64,000 bases of DNA, from the NCBI GenBank assembly GCA_030390025.1, contig CM059433.1, positions 11,658,001-11,722,000 on the forward strand. The letters are read 5' to 3'. The translations under genes were made by a program, and so were the position numbers. How positions within the stretch are numbered: the stretch's first letter is position 1; each line of letters begins with the position of its first letter. Positions 11,314-22,604 of the stretch are shown in pieces. Origin of the DNA: Squalus acanthias. Its lineage: Eukaryota. The notes under the pieces were generated by a model, which was not told where the DNA came from, made no database searches, and saw only the letters and a list, made by a program, of their open reading frames with translations.

Positions 11314-14300
11314 CAACAACAACAACAACTTGTATTTATATAGCGCCTTTAACGTAGTAAAACGTCCCAAGGCGCTGCACAGGAGTATTTTAAGACAAAA
11401 AATTTGACACCGAGCCGCAAAAGGCGAAATTAGGGCAGGTGACCAAAAGCTTGGTTAAAGAGGTAGGTTTTAAGGAGCGTCTTAAAGGAGGAAAGAGAGG
11501 TAGCGAGGCGGAGAGGTTTAGGCAGGGAATTCCAGAGCTTAGGGCCGAGGCAACAGAAGGCACGGCCACCAATGGCTGAGCGATTATAATCAGGAATGCT
11601 CAAGAGTTGCAGAATTAGAGGAGCGCAGATATCTCGGGGGTTGTGGGGCTGGAGGAGATTACAGAGATAGGGTGGGGCGAGGCCATGGAGGGATTTGAAA
11701 ACAAGGATGAGAATTTTGAAATCGAAGCGTTGCTTAACCGAGAGCCAATGTAGGTGAGCGAGCACAGGGGAGATGGGCAAACGGGACTTGGTGCGAGTTA
11801 GGACACAAGCAGCCGAGTTTTGGATGACCTCAAGTTTACGTAGGGTGGAATGTGGGAGGCCAGCCAGGAGTGTGTTGGAATAGTCATGTCTAGAGGTAAC
11901 AAAGGCATGGATGAGGGTTTCAGCAGCGGATGAGCTGAGGCAAGGGCGGAGACGGGCGATGTTACAGAGGTGGAAATAGGCGGTCTTAGTTATGCCGTGG
12001 ATATGTGGTTGGAAGCTCATTTCAGGATCAAATATGACACCAAGGTTGCGAACAGTGTGGTTCAGCCTCAGACAAATGTTAGGGAGAGGGATGGAGTCAG
12101 TGGCTAGGGAACAGAGTTCGTGGCGGGGACCGAAAACAATGGCTTCAGTTTTACCAATATTTAATTGGAGAAAATTTTTGCTCATCCAGAACTGGATATC
12201 GGACAAGCAGTCTGACAATTTAGAGACCGTGGAGGGGTCGAGAGAAGTGGTGGTGAGCTGGAGCTGTGTGTCGTCAGCATACATGTGGAAACTGACATTG
12301 TGTTTTTGGATGATGTCGCCAAGGAGCAGCATGAAGATGAGAAATAGGAGGGGGCCAAGGATAGATCCTTGGGGGACACCAGAGGTAATGATGGGGGAGC
12401 AGGAAAAGAAGCTATTGCAGGTGATTCTCTGGCTACGATTAGATAGATAAGAATGGAACCAGGCGAGTGCAGTCCCACCCAGCTGGATGACGGTGGAAAG
12501 GCGTTGGAGAAGGATGGAGTGGTCAACCGTGTCAAAGGCTGCAGATAAGTCAAGAAGGATGAGGAGGGATAGTTTACCTTTGTCACAGTCACAAAGGATG
12601 TCATTCGTGACTTTGATGAGAGCTGTGTCGGTACTGTGGCAGGGGCGGAAACCTGATTGGAGGGATTCAAACATGGAGTTGCGGGCAAGAGGGACACGGA
12701 TTTGGGAGGCAACAACACGTTCAAGGACTTTGGAGAGGAAAGGGAGGTTGGAGATGGGGCGATAGTTTGCAAGGACGGAGGGGGTCAAGGGTTGTTTTTT
12801 TGTGGAGAGGGGTGATGTCGGCAGATTTGAGGGAGAGGGGATAGTACCTGAGGAAAGAGAACCGTTAACAATGTCAGTTAACATGGGAGCCAGAAAAGGA
12901 AGTTGGGTGGTCAGCTGTTTAGTGGGAATAGGGTCGAGGGAGCAGGAAGTGGGTCTCATGGACAAGATAAGCGCAGAGATGTCATGAGGGGAGATCGGAG
13001 AGAAACTGGAGAAAGATGCGAGTTCAGGACTAGGGCAGGGGGGAACCTTAGAGGAAGTTTGGCCCAGTGGGCTAGGGGAAGGAAGGGAAGTGGCAGAGGC
13101 AGCTGAACGGATGGTCTCAATCTTAGAGCCAAAGAAGTCCATGAGCTCCTCACACTTGTTGTCGGAGGTGAGGGTGGAGAAGACGGGGAGAGGGCTTTAA
13201 GAAAATGGTTAGCAGTGGAGAATAGAAGCCGGGATTTATCTTTGCATTCCAGAATGATCCTGGAATAGTGAGCAATTTTGGCAGACGAGAGCAGATAATG
13301 CTTTATGTGGTCCAGCCAGATCTGACGGTGAATGGCTAAACCAGTTGTCCGCCATACCAGTTCAAGTCTGCATCCCTTGGACTTAAGGGAGCAAAGATGA
13401 GAGCCGTACCAGGGGGAATGGCCAGGGTGAGAGAGAGTCATTATTTTAATAGGGACTAGGGCATCAAAGGTGGTGGTGAGGGTGTGGTTGAGCAGATCGG
13501 TAGCTGTAGAAATGTCGTGGTGAATGGAGGGCCAAAGGCTGGACAGTTGGGATTTCAAAAGTGCAGTTGTAAGAGAGTTGGGAGAGAGTTTTTTTCCGGG
13601 GCAGACACAGAAGGAAGTAGGGTTGGTGGGGGAAGGGGGATGTGGGTGGTGAGCGGTACAAGGAAATGGTCAGTGATGGCCTTATCTGCGATTGACACGG
13701 TGGGAGTCGCGAGGCCACGAGAGATGGCAAGGTCGAGGGGGTGGCCATGAATATGTGTCGGGGACTTTACATGGAGGGAGAGATTAAGGGAGGATAGGAG
13801 GCTCGTGAACTCAGAGGAGAGAGAGAGCATGATGAATTGAGATGGAGGTTGAAATCACCGAGGATGAGAAGTCGTTCGGTGCAGAAGCTGAGGGAGAAAA
13901 GCAGTGAAGATATCTCGGTAGTAAGATTTTTATGGTACTTGGGTGGACGGTAGAGAATGAGAATTTTAAATGGGAGGTGAGAGGGGTGGAATAAGGTGAG
14001 ATGCTGAAAGGAGGAGAAAGAGCCGGAGGAGTAGGGGGACAGACCCAGGTGTGATTTGGTGATGAGAGCCACACCGCCACTACGGCAGGTCTGAGCGGAG
14101 CAAGTGGTGAAAGGTATAGCCAGGCGGGGAGGCTTCATTTAAGGGTAAGGTGTCATCACCCCTCAACCAAGTTTCCGTCAGGGCCATGATGTCAATGCAA
14201 TCATCCACGATAAGCTTATGGATGACAAGGGCCTTGTTCGCAAGTGAACGGACATTCTGGAGGGAGATGCGGAGAGGGTCGGTGATGGCTGACCCACTGC

Positions 14301-14755
14301 CAGCGTCCACAGGGTCAGCGCTGGGGGGGGGGACGAGTTGGACAGGGAGGAGCTTGGTAAGATTAGCTCTCAGTGGGCGCGCTGGGCAGGAAGGTCGGTG
14401 AGAGAGTAGGATGGGACAGTTGGAGTTGCTGCTCGTAAGGAGGCAGCAATGAGTGCCTTGAAGGGCCCTTCATAAGATGCCAAGAGAGGCACAGAGAGGC
14501 ACAGAAGCTGTAGGCTTATCCAAGAGGAAGTCAAGCCTGAGAAGGCGGCAGGAGAGTAGGAAGGTCGAAGAGTAATGAAGGATTGGGGTAGGGATTTGGG
14601 AGGGCAGAGTATCCGAGAGAGGAGAGATGAAAGGCGGCATGACGACAGGAGAGAACGGTCAGGGAGGGGTTAGAGAGAAAAGGAAAAGGGGGAGAAAAAG
14701 GTGGAAAAAGAAATGAACGGCTCAGGTCTGGAGCGGCAGCCAAAGTGCGCACGCG
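11314..14755 (-). mobile_element. L2 LINE with near-complete ORF2 (APE endonuclease plus RT), frameshifted
   Basis: ORF 11430-13142 has YRPISNLPFLSKVLE, DLSAAFDTVDH, GVPQGSILGP, MYADD; APE motifs LQNVRSL, LTETWL, YRPP, GDFNLH, LDL at 13.7-14.3 kb; (CAA)n tail at 11314. Confidence 0.92.
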
Positions 14756-15383
14756 AATGGATTAACGATAAATTGTGCTGTTTTAGATCTGTCCACGTGT
14801 GTCTTCAGTTCCCTATCTCGGTTGTATTACTGCTTGCACATAGTCCCCTCTAGTTAGTGAATAATTCAAAATTAGTGAAGAATCAACAATTTGGAAAATT
14901 CCGCTGCCTTTGGTTTCATGAATAATTTTTAAGAGTACATCAAATGATATCGATATGAAGATATTCAGAGTTGAATGAATTAATTTAGTAATAAAATGGC
15001 CTGATTCAATTATGGTCCGTTTTGGATTAGATAGTTTGAATGCTGGTTTCTTTCTCGGGCGTTCTGGTGCCCTTTGATCAGTTAGAATCTAATCCCGGAA
15101 CGTAGAGTCAGCGCAGGAAGGAAGAGGCCACTCTCGGGCTGTGTGTTCCTTTCCTGTTTTCTGTTTGTACCACGCTGTTCCTGACTCGTCTTGAGTTCTT
15201 TTTAATTCCACTTCTTTAGCTCTTTCGCATTAAATTAAAAGTGAGGCTTTTGCTCATTTCAAATGATATTTTTAAAAAAAGGTTTGTAATTAAAATTCGT
15301 AGACGAGCAGTAGTTTTTAGGACGGTACTTAAAACTAACGAAACAAGTAGGAAAGTGAACAGCAGGCGCTGCTTTACATAATA

Positions 15384-15537
15384 ACATAAGAACATCGGAA
15401 TTAGGAGCAGGAGTAGGCCACAGGGCCCCTCGAGCCTGCTCGGCCATTCAGTAAGATCACGGCTAATCCTCGACCTCAACTCCACTTTCTCCCCATATCC
15501 CCTGAAGTCCAAATATCTATCTATCTCAGCCTTGAAA
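15384..15537 (-). mobile_element. Short CR1/HER1 3' tail
   Basis: ACATAAGAACAT...GGAGCAGGAGTAGGCC...CCTCGAGCCTGCT tail shared with the other CR1 copies. Confidence 0.75.
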
Positions 15538-16428
15538 TAAATTGTTAAACATCTCACCAAGGATAGACAGACTCTGCACTGAAAAGCAGGCACATGCATC
15601 TCACTGATATCTGTAAGCAAATACTAGTTTTCTTAAAAGCATTATTAAAACACTTGTCACTTGCAGCACTTTCACACTATGAGGATTGTATGGTATTATA
15701 ATTTAGATGGGGGGGTGGGGGGTGGTCCATGATTACTAATCGATTTGAAAAGGGGTCCTTCAACCAAAAAATTTGAGAACCACTGCCTTAAGGAATGGTC
15801 AACATTATAAGCATCTTCAGTACTTTTTCCCCCAACACCCTGTTAAGTCCGAAATCGATATGTTCCCAATTAATAAAAGTATGTATTTTCTCCAGTTAAT
15901 ATTTTAATGGTTAATCCTATTCAATAACTTGACCCTAAAGTACTGTGCCCAATATTTTATTCCGAATCCATACACCCATTTACAGAGAACGTATTTATAG
16001 ATTTGCTAAAACTAACATCAGGGCATGTGGAATTTAGGTGTTGAATGCTGTTAATGATCTTTCAGCCACTATCAAAGTAGGCTTATTGGCCTATACGTTG
16101 TCTTTTCAAATACTGTTTCCATCTTACAGAGATTAACATGGATCAATAAGGGATGACTGAAGTCCACACCTCTAAATCTGCTGTAGTTTATGACTTAACG
16201 GGATTCTAAATATAAAGGACAAGCAAAACTCTTATCAATATGACCCGTCTCGCAGTCGATATCAATCCATGAAATATAATTGTGTGTAAATGTGTTTAAA
16301 ATCCACTGTCAAAATGAAGTGTTAATTGATTTCATCCACAACAAAATAACACTTTCTACCCCAGAAATAACAACAGAAAATGCTGGAAACACTCAGCAGG
16401 TCAGGCAGCACTGTGGAGAGAGAAACAG

Positions 16429-16465
16429 AATCAACGTTTCGGGTCGAGGACCCTTCGTCAGAACT
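16429..16465 (-). ncRNA. Minimal type I hammerhead ribozyme motif
   Basis: Minus strand AGTT-CTGACGA-A-GGGTC-CTC-GACCC-GAAAC-GTT-GATT. Confidence 0.6.
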
Positions 16466-17358
16466 GGAATAGGTTAGAGAAGTAACAGATTTTTAAGCAA
16501 GTGTAGGGGCAGGGAAAGGGAGGTGGGAGGAAAGAACAAAGGGAAAGACTGTGATTGGCTGGAAGGCAGGAGAGATTGACTGACAAAAGGGATGATGGTG
16601 CAAGGCAAAAGGAGATGGTAATGGGACAAGTTCAGAGACAAAAGATGGCTCTAGATGAGGTGTAACTGGTGATGGCAGAATCACCTGCAACAGATATAAC
16701 GCCTGCCCTTTTACCTCCTCCCTTCCCACTGTCAGGGCCCCAAACACTCCTTCCAGGTGAAACAGCGATTTACTTGTACTTCTTTCAAATTAGTATACTG
16801 TATTCACTGCTCACAATGCGGTCTCCTCTACATTGGGGAGACCAAACGCAGATTGGGTGACCGCTTTGTGGAATACCTCCGTTCAGTCCGTAAGGGTGAC
16901 CCCGAGCTTCAGGTCACCTGTCACTTTAATTCTCCGCTCCACTCCCACTCTGACCTCTCCGTCCTCGGCCTCTTACACTGTTCCAATGAAGCTCAACGTA
17001 AGCTCGAGGAACAGCACCTCATCTTTCGATTAGGCACTTTACAGCCTTCTGGACTGAACATCGAGTTCAACAATTTCACACCATAACCTCTGCCCCTATA
17101 TTTTTTTCCCTTTTTTTCCTCACATGGTAGCTGTCGATGATTCTGCCATCGCCATTTACATCTCATCTAGAGTCATCTTTTGTTTCTTAACTTGTCCCAT
17201 TACCATCTCCTTTTGCCTCGCACCATCATCCCTTTCGTCAGTCAATCTCTCCTGCCTTCCATCCTATCACAGACCTTCCCTTTTGTTCTTTCCTCCTGTC
17301 CTCCCTGTCCCTGCCCCCACTACTTGCTTAAAAATCTGATACTTCTCCAACTTTTTCC

Positions 17359-17395
17359 AGTTCTGACGAAGGGTCATCGACCCGAAACGTTAACT
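17359..17395 (+). ncRNA. Minimal type I hammerhead ribozyme motif
   Basis: AGTT-CTGACGA-A-GGGTC-ATC-GACCC-GAAAC-GTT-AACT; stem I AGTT/AACT and palindromic ACGT stem III. Confidence 0.7.
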
Positions 17396-17541
17396 CTGTT
17401 TCTCTCTCCGCGGATGCTGCCTGACCTGCTGAGTGTCTCCAGCATTTTCTGTTGTTGTTTCAGATTTCCAGCATCCGCAGTATTTTGCTACTTTCTATCC
17501 CGTATTGCTACGGTAGATAAGTCCAATAGAAGATACTGGAA

Positions 17542-17642
17542 TAACAACAGAAAACGCTGGAAAAACTCAGCAGGCCAGGCAGCATCCGTGGAGAGAGAAA
17601 GAGAGTTGACGTTTCAGGTCGATGACCTTTCATCAGAACTGG
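17542..17642 (-). mobile_element. ~100-bp solo Penelope pLTR fragment with a hammerhead motif
   Basis: Flanked by 13-bp direct repeat GAAGATACTGGAA (17529-17541, 17643-17655). Confidence 0.8.
17604..17640 (-). ncRNA. Minimal hammerhead ribozyme motif with GUC cleavage triplet
   Basis: Minus strand AGTT-CTGATGA-A-AGGTC-ATC-GACCT-GAAAC-GTC-AACT. Confidence 0.72.
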
Positions 17643-18216
17643 GAAGATACTGGAAGCAGGCTCAACCACACAAACAAATCAGGGTACACCACTCACAAAT
17701 AAGCAAAGTGATTTTGAATTAAAAAAAGCTACTAGGGTCGCTACACAAGAGCCCAGAAAAATAGACACTCATTTTCCCAGCAGTTCAAAGTTAGATGTAA
17801 ACTGCAGGCCACCGAAAGATCGAGCACTAAAAGTCTGAAGTAGGAAGGAAGAGCCCAAGATTGAAAATAAATTCTCACTTGACGGCCCCGATTTTAACGG
17901 AGGGCGGGGGTGGGGCGGGTACGGTGCGCAGGAGCCCCAAAGCTGCCGGCATATCCGGGGAATCGGGGGGGTGTGGAGGCCTGGCCAACCTTGACAGCAA
18001 GGCCTCATTACCATAAATGTCATTGGTGTTCTGCTTGACTCCCAGGCAGATTCACTACCAGACCGGCGGGCAAGAGCGGAAGATCACAGGCAAGAATGGT
18101 GGAAATCATTGGGAGGGGGAGGTCACAGGGCGTTTGTTTTTTAACTGGCTGATCCAGTAACTCTGATTGGTTTTCTCAGTGTTCATTGACAAAAATCAAG
18201 CTGGAGCCTGGAACCT

Positions 18217-18445
18217 TCATAGAATCATAGAAAGTTACAGCACGGAAAGGAGGCCATTTCGGCCCATCGTGTCCGCGCCGGCCGACAAAGAGCTCTCCAG
18301 CCTAATCCCACTTCCCAGCTCTTGGTCCGTAGCCCTGCAAGTTACAGCATCCCAAGTGCACATCCAAGTACTTTTTAAATGTGGTTAGGGTTTCCGCCTC
18401 TACTACCCTTTCAGGCAGTGAGTTCCAGACCCCCACAACCTTCTG
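18217..18445 (-). mobile_element. CR1-type LINE 3' tail (different subfamily)
   Basis: (CATAGAAT)n tail and GGAGGCCATTTCGGCCCATCG, similar to 53351-53420. Confidence 0.65.
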
Positions 18446-19060
18446 AGAGGCTTACGGGGGGAAAGCAGCAGACTGTCTACTGAAATCCATCTAAAACATA
18501 TTACTTTTAATAATGAACCACTGATTTTAAAGGTATTTATTGTATGGCCTTCCAGACAAAACATGTGTTTTTGGACATTTAAAATAATTGCATTTAATGC
18601 CAAGCATTGTAATCTCCCATGCCCGCAAGAGCTGGCAGGCATAGAGGATTGTAATACTATTTATATGGTGTCAGAAGTGGCAAGTGCCAAGTATTGCTCT
18701 TACAGAGAAAGGTTTATGACATTGAAAACAAGAATTTACAATCAAGAAGTGCTTGCTATGAATTGATGAATTCATAAAACTACTTTTTTTCTTGAATGTA
18801 ACAATGAATTATTGCTTAATAAAGAAATGTAACTCTCGGCAATAACCAACCAGTGCAAATTTGTCAGGTTCTCATGTCACCTTGACGTGAACATTATATT
18901 TCATATGCTATGTTGAGATTGTACTTTTGTTATTTGTATCTACATACATTTAAAATTAATAGGTTTGGTACTGACATCACCAATCGCAAAGCCACCAGGT
19001 CCCTCGAAAGACTCCCCTGTAAGACTTTCAGCCACTCTTTCCTCAGCAGATTGAACTTAA

Positions 19061-19247
19061 GGGGGTAATATTAAGCTAACTCGCTGGGCGGGATACTCAC
19101 GGGATCAGGTGGAATGCCGATTTTATACCCCGCCCAATATTACTCTCCATCGACTTCAATGCAGAGTAAAATCAGGCAGGGTGTAAAACCAGCGTTGCAC
19201 CAGTCCCATCAGCTTCCCCACGAGTGGGTTCGGTTAAAATTGCCCCC
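19061..19247. mobile_element. Harbinger/Tourist-like MITE (187 bp)
   Basis: TIR GGGGGTAATATTAA...TTAAAATTGCCCCC; TSD TAA/TAA. Confidence 0.8.
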
Positions 19248-19256
19248 TAAGAGCAA

Positions 19257-20094
19257 GGAGGGGAATTCGGTTGGTTGGCACCTCCCATTAGCGCCTCCGG
19301 GGGGCGCTAACAGGGCGCTAGCAACTCAGCGCCCGAGCGCGACGATATTAGCGCCGCTCGCGAAATTGACCCGTTGTTTTGCGGCGGCGCTAAACACTAC
19401 CACCACGATCTCCTGCGCCCGCAAATCATGACGTCAGTCAAGCGTGCAACGCCCCGGTAGCACCCCGGACCGTATATTGAGTCGCGGCCCCCTGCCTTAG
19501 CGCCTCCGCTAGGAACGACAGGTAGAGGGGAACGTTTTCAAGTCGGGAAGGGGCTGGGGGAGTGCTATTTAAAGGCGGGCACTTCCTGCCTTTTCTTGTC
19601 GGCAAAATTTTTGGTACACGCAGGTTGAGAGGGAGAGAGACGTCTGGAAAGATTTAACGTTGTCCTAAGGAGTTTTGGCCCTCAGCACCATTTTTGAGGT
19701 TCCTAAGTGCCGAGCTCTTTCCCTGGGCCTATCCATTACTGTTTCCAACACAATTGCTTTAGAAGTCTCTCCAGGCCGAGATTCAAGCCTGCAATGAGCA
19801 GGGAGTGGCTGGCCAGCAAGATGGCCCCTCCCCTTTAAGAACTGGACGGAGCCTGTCTGTCTGGCTTCCATGGTAACTGACATCGCCTGAGCTTCGCCAG
19901 CGCTCTGAGGCAGCGCCTCGATCCTCGACGTTAGCGCCTTAAGAGAGGTGTGTAGCACTTGATTTAGCGCTCCAATCACCTCCAGGGCGATAGAGACGAA
20001 TTTTGCAGTCAGAGGCGATAATTAGCGTCGGGTGCTAAACTTTGCGCCCGGCCGATATTAGCGCCCAAAATGGGCGATACCCAATTTTTCCCCC
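19257..20094. mobile_element. Non-autonomous derivative of the Harbinger family at 55696
   Basis: Both subterminal arms retained and fused; Myb-like start MDRPRERA on minus; right TIR AATTTTTCCCCC, left TIR degenerate. Confidence 0.82.
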
Positions 20095-20542
20095 TCTCCT
20101 CTTGTGCCTTCAATAGCCCAAAGGCGGATTGCAATCATCCCCTTTCCCTTTTTCTTGACATCATTGAAGTGTTTTACTCGATGTCCTGTCAGCCTCTTTT
20201 TTTTGCGAGAAATCGCCTTCAAATGCCTCAGCAACAAGACTGATGGTTGGTAGGAAAGATCATGGTGATCTTTCCCCTCAGAAACCTCATCTACAATCAA
20301 TCCTACTGCCTGCTCCTGACTCTCTTTGGTAAAGGTGCCATCAACTGTACTGGTAACCGGTTTGCATTGTCTTATGTAACCTACAGGGATGTTTCTGGTT
20401 GGTCAAGCTAGTTGAAACAATTTAACTAGAGTGCCTTGGGACATTCTGAGTGGCCAATACGTGAAACTGTCCAGATACATCCACAGTTTCAATGAGAGGT
20501 AGCTAGCCTTTGTTTTTATCCCCCTGCCTGTACTCAGGAACT

Positions 20543-20858
20543 TTAAATTTAAAACAGAAATAGACAGTTTCCTAGAAGTAAAGGGAATTAAGGGTTACGG
20601 GGAGCGGGCAGGAATTTGGACATGAGTCTAGGTTCGGATCGGTCATGGCCCTGTGGGTAGCGTAGCGGGCCCAGGGGCCGTGTAGCCTGATCCTGCTCCT
20701 ATTTCGTGTGTCCAATTCTGTTAGGTTCAGGAGATGGTTCTGTGATAGTAGATTGGCGGTTAGGATCAGATCAGCCATGATCTTATTGAATGGCGGAGCA
20801 GGCTCGAGGGGCCAATTGGCCTACTCCTGCTCCTAATTCTTATGTTCTTATGTTCTTA
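20543..20858 (+). mobile_element. CR1 3' end with duplicated tail
   Basis: Similar to 52565-52850; ends in (TTCTTATG)n. Confidence 0.8.
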
Positions 20859-22020
20859 TTACGCCAGAGTTTGTTTGGTGGCTGGGCAATCATCCTTCGA
20901 AAGCTAATGCGTACGGACTGGTAGAGGTCGATTAAATTAATTGGCCTCAATATTAACAACCCCACGATGGGTGGGAGAGGGTCAGTGGTCGGGTTAAAAT
21001 GTGAAAAGCGCAGAACGCAACCCCAACACGCTGCGCATGCGCGCAATGCCATTTTTATGGCGGTGGATATCGGGACGTCCGAGTGTCCCGCCGTGGAGAG
21101 GTGGGACGCTTAATTAATATATTTAAATTGGGCTCTCACAGTGCAGTTGGGAGCCTGATTTGAAATTTACTGTGGCTGCAGGGGTTTCCCAGGGGTCGGA
21201 AAACTCGGCAGTGAAAGGGAGGTGGGGGCTGCCGGCTCCACAAGTTAAGTGATTGTTTCCGCACTCCTTGTGGGCCAAGAGGTGCAGGCATTCTCTCCCC
21301 AGGCCCCTCAAGGAAGACTCTGGCCTCCCTCTAGCCATCCCGAAAGCAGGCCTCTCCCCCAGCCCTGATCACTAGCCTCCCACCGCCCTCCCCACCCCAG
21401 CCCCAATCTCCAGCCTTGCTTCAGCCCTCCCAATAGCAGGCCTCTCCCCCAGCCCCAATCGCCAGCCTCCCACCCCCCACCCCCCTCCCAGCTCCGGTCT
21501 CCAGCCTTCCCTCAGCCCTCGCGATAGCAGACCTGCCCCCTGCCAGCCCCGATTGCTGACTTCCACCCCCCCCTCCCAATTGCTGGGGACCATCCCCAAG
21601 GATCCCCGGCTGCGACCTCCTGCCACTGGTGTTCCCTCCCATCCGCCAATAGACCAGCTGCTGGCCGGGAAACGGAGCTACAAGATGTCAACGAGGTCTT
21701 GCCGTTAAGATTGGCAGGACCTCTGCGTCTCCGGCTTGCCAGGCTCTTCGCCCATTTTCAGCCTCCCTGTAAATATTGGGTGGATTATCCCTAAAGGCTG
21801 ACCCATCAGGAGATGTGCTTGAGAGGGTGTCCCAGAAATTCAGGTACGCCCAATTTTGGGCGTGTGGGGGGTGCAGGGAACTTTCCCTGAGCCTGAATGG
21901 TGAAGCCCAAGATCCCCAGACTTTGGGCCTCAGGCCTCGCTATAATGGAGACTTTAGCTGACCTTGTGGTATTTACCACCTTTTGGAGTGTACACAAGAA
22001 TGTAGTGGTTGTGAATCATA

Positions 22021-22604
22021 AGGCTGCGCGCACGCTGTGCACTTCATGCTTTGGACGCGCAGGTAAGTAGGGAAGATTTTGGAAATGTAAAAAGGAGGAG
22101 TAAGACCCGCTTTTAAGAAGGTAAGTAGTGAATTAAGTATTTTTTTGAATTTTTTTTTACAGGTATATCTTTTTTATAGACTTTAAAGACAGGTAAGTTT
22201 ATTTTTATAACTTTTTAAAAGATTTTAAATTTTTTCAAAAATTTAATTTTTTATTTAAAATGGTTAATTTAATTAACTATACTTATTTTATTAATGTGAT
22301 GGTTTTTTTTTTTAATTTAATTGAGGTTTAGCTGTTATTTTGGGGGGGTGTAAGATTCATAAGTCTCACAGCCATGCTGTGAGACTTATGAATGGAAGAT
22401 GGTGTGCTGCCATTGGCTCTAACTGAGTCACGTGATCCCACAGCTCGCACGAATTAACTGCGCCGCTGGGATACGCAAGCCCAGCACAGCTGATGTCTGG
22501 AACATCAAGTTCGTGCGAGCTGGATCAGAAAAAGCATAAGCGAGGTGAGAGATCGCGGGGAAGGCTTACCCCCGCGGGAACAGAGCGAGATCAATTTCTG
22601 GGCC
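22021..22604. mobile_element. Palindrome-rich MITE family, copy 2 (left end missing)
   Basis: Near-identical to ~7009-7592; ends AATTTCTGGGCC. Confidence 0.88.

Larger units (their letters stand above)
10995..15785. mobile_element. Non-autonomous hAT element carrying captured host DNA
   Basis: TIRs CAGCGATTCTCAAA and TTTGAGAACCACTG; perfect 8-bp TSD CCTTAAGG (10987-10994, 15786-15793); subterminal GGGGTCC motifs at both ends; no transposase. Confidence 0.85.
16363..17489 (+). mobile_element. Penelope-like element: inverted 5' pLTR, GIY-YIG fragment, 3' pLTR
   Basis: ORF 16757-17086 has LVYCIHC..YIGETKRRLGDRF; 16363-~16680 is the reverse complement of the 3' pLTR; flanks ACTTTCTACCCC and ACTTTCTATCCC (12-bp TSD, one mismatch). 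Confidence 0.88.
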
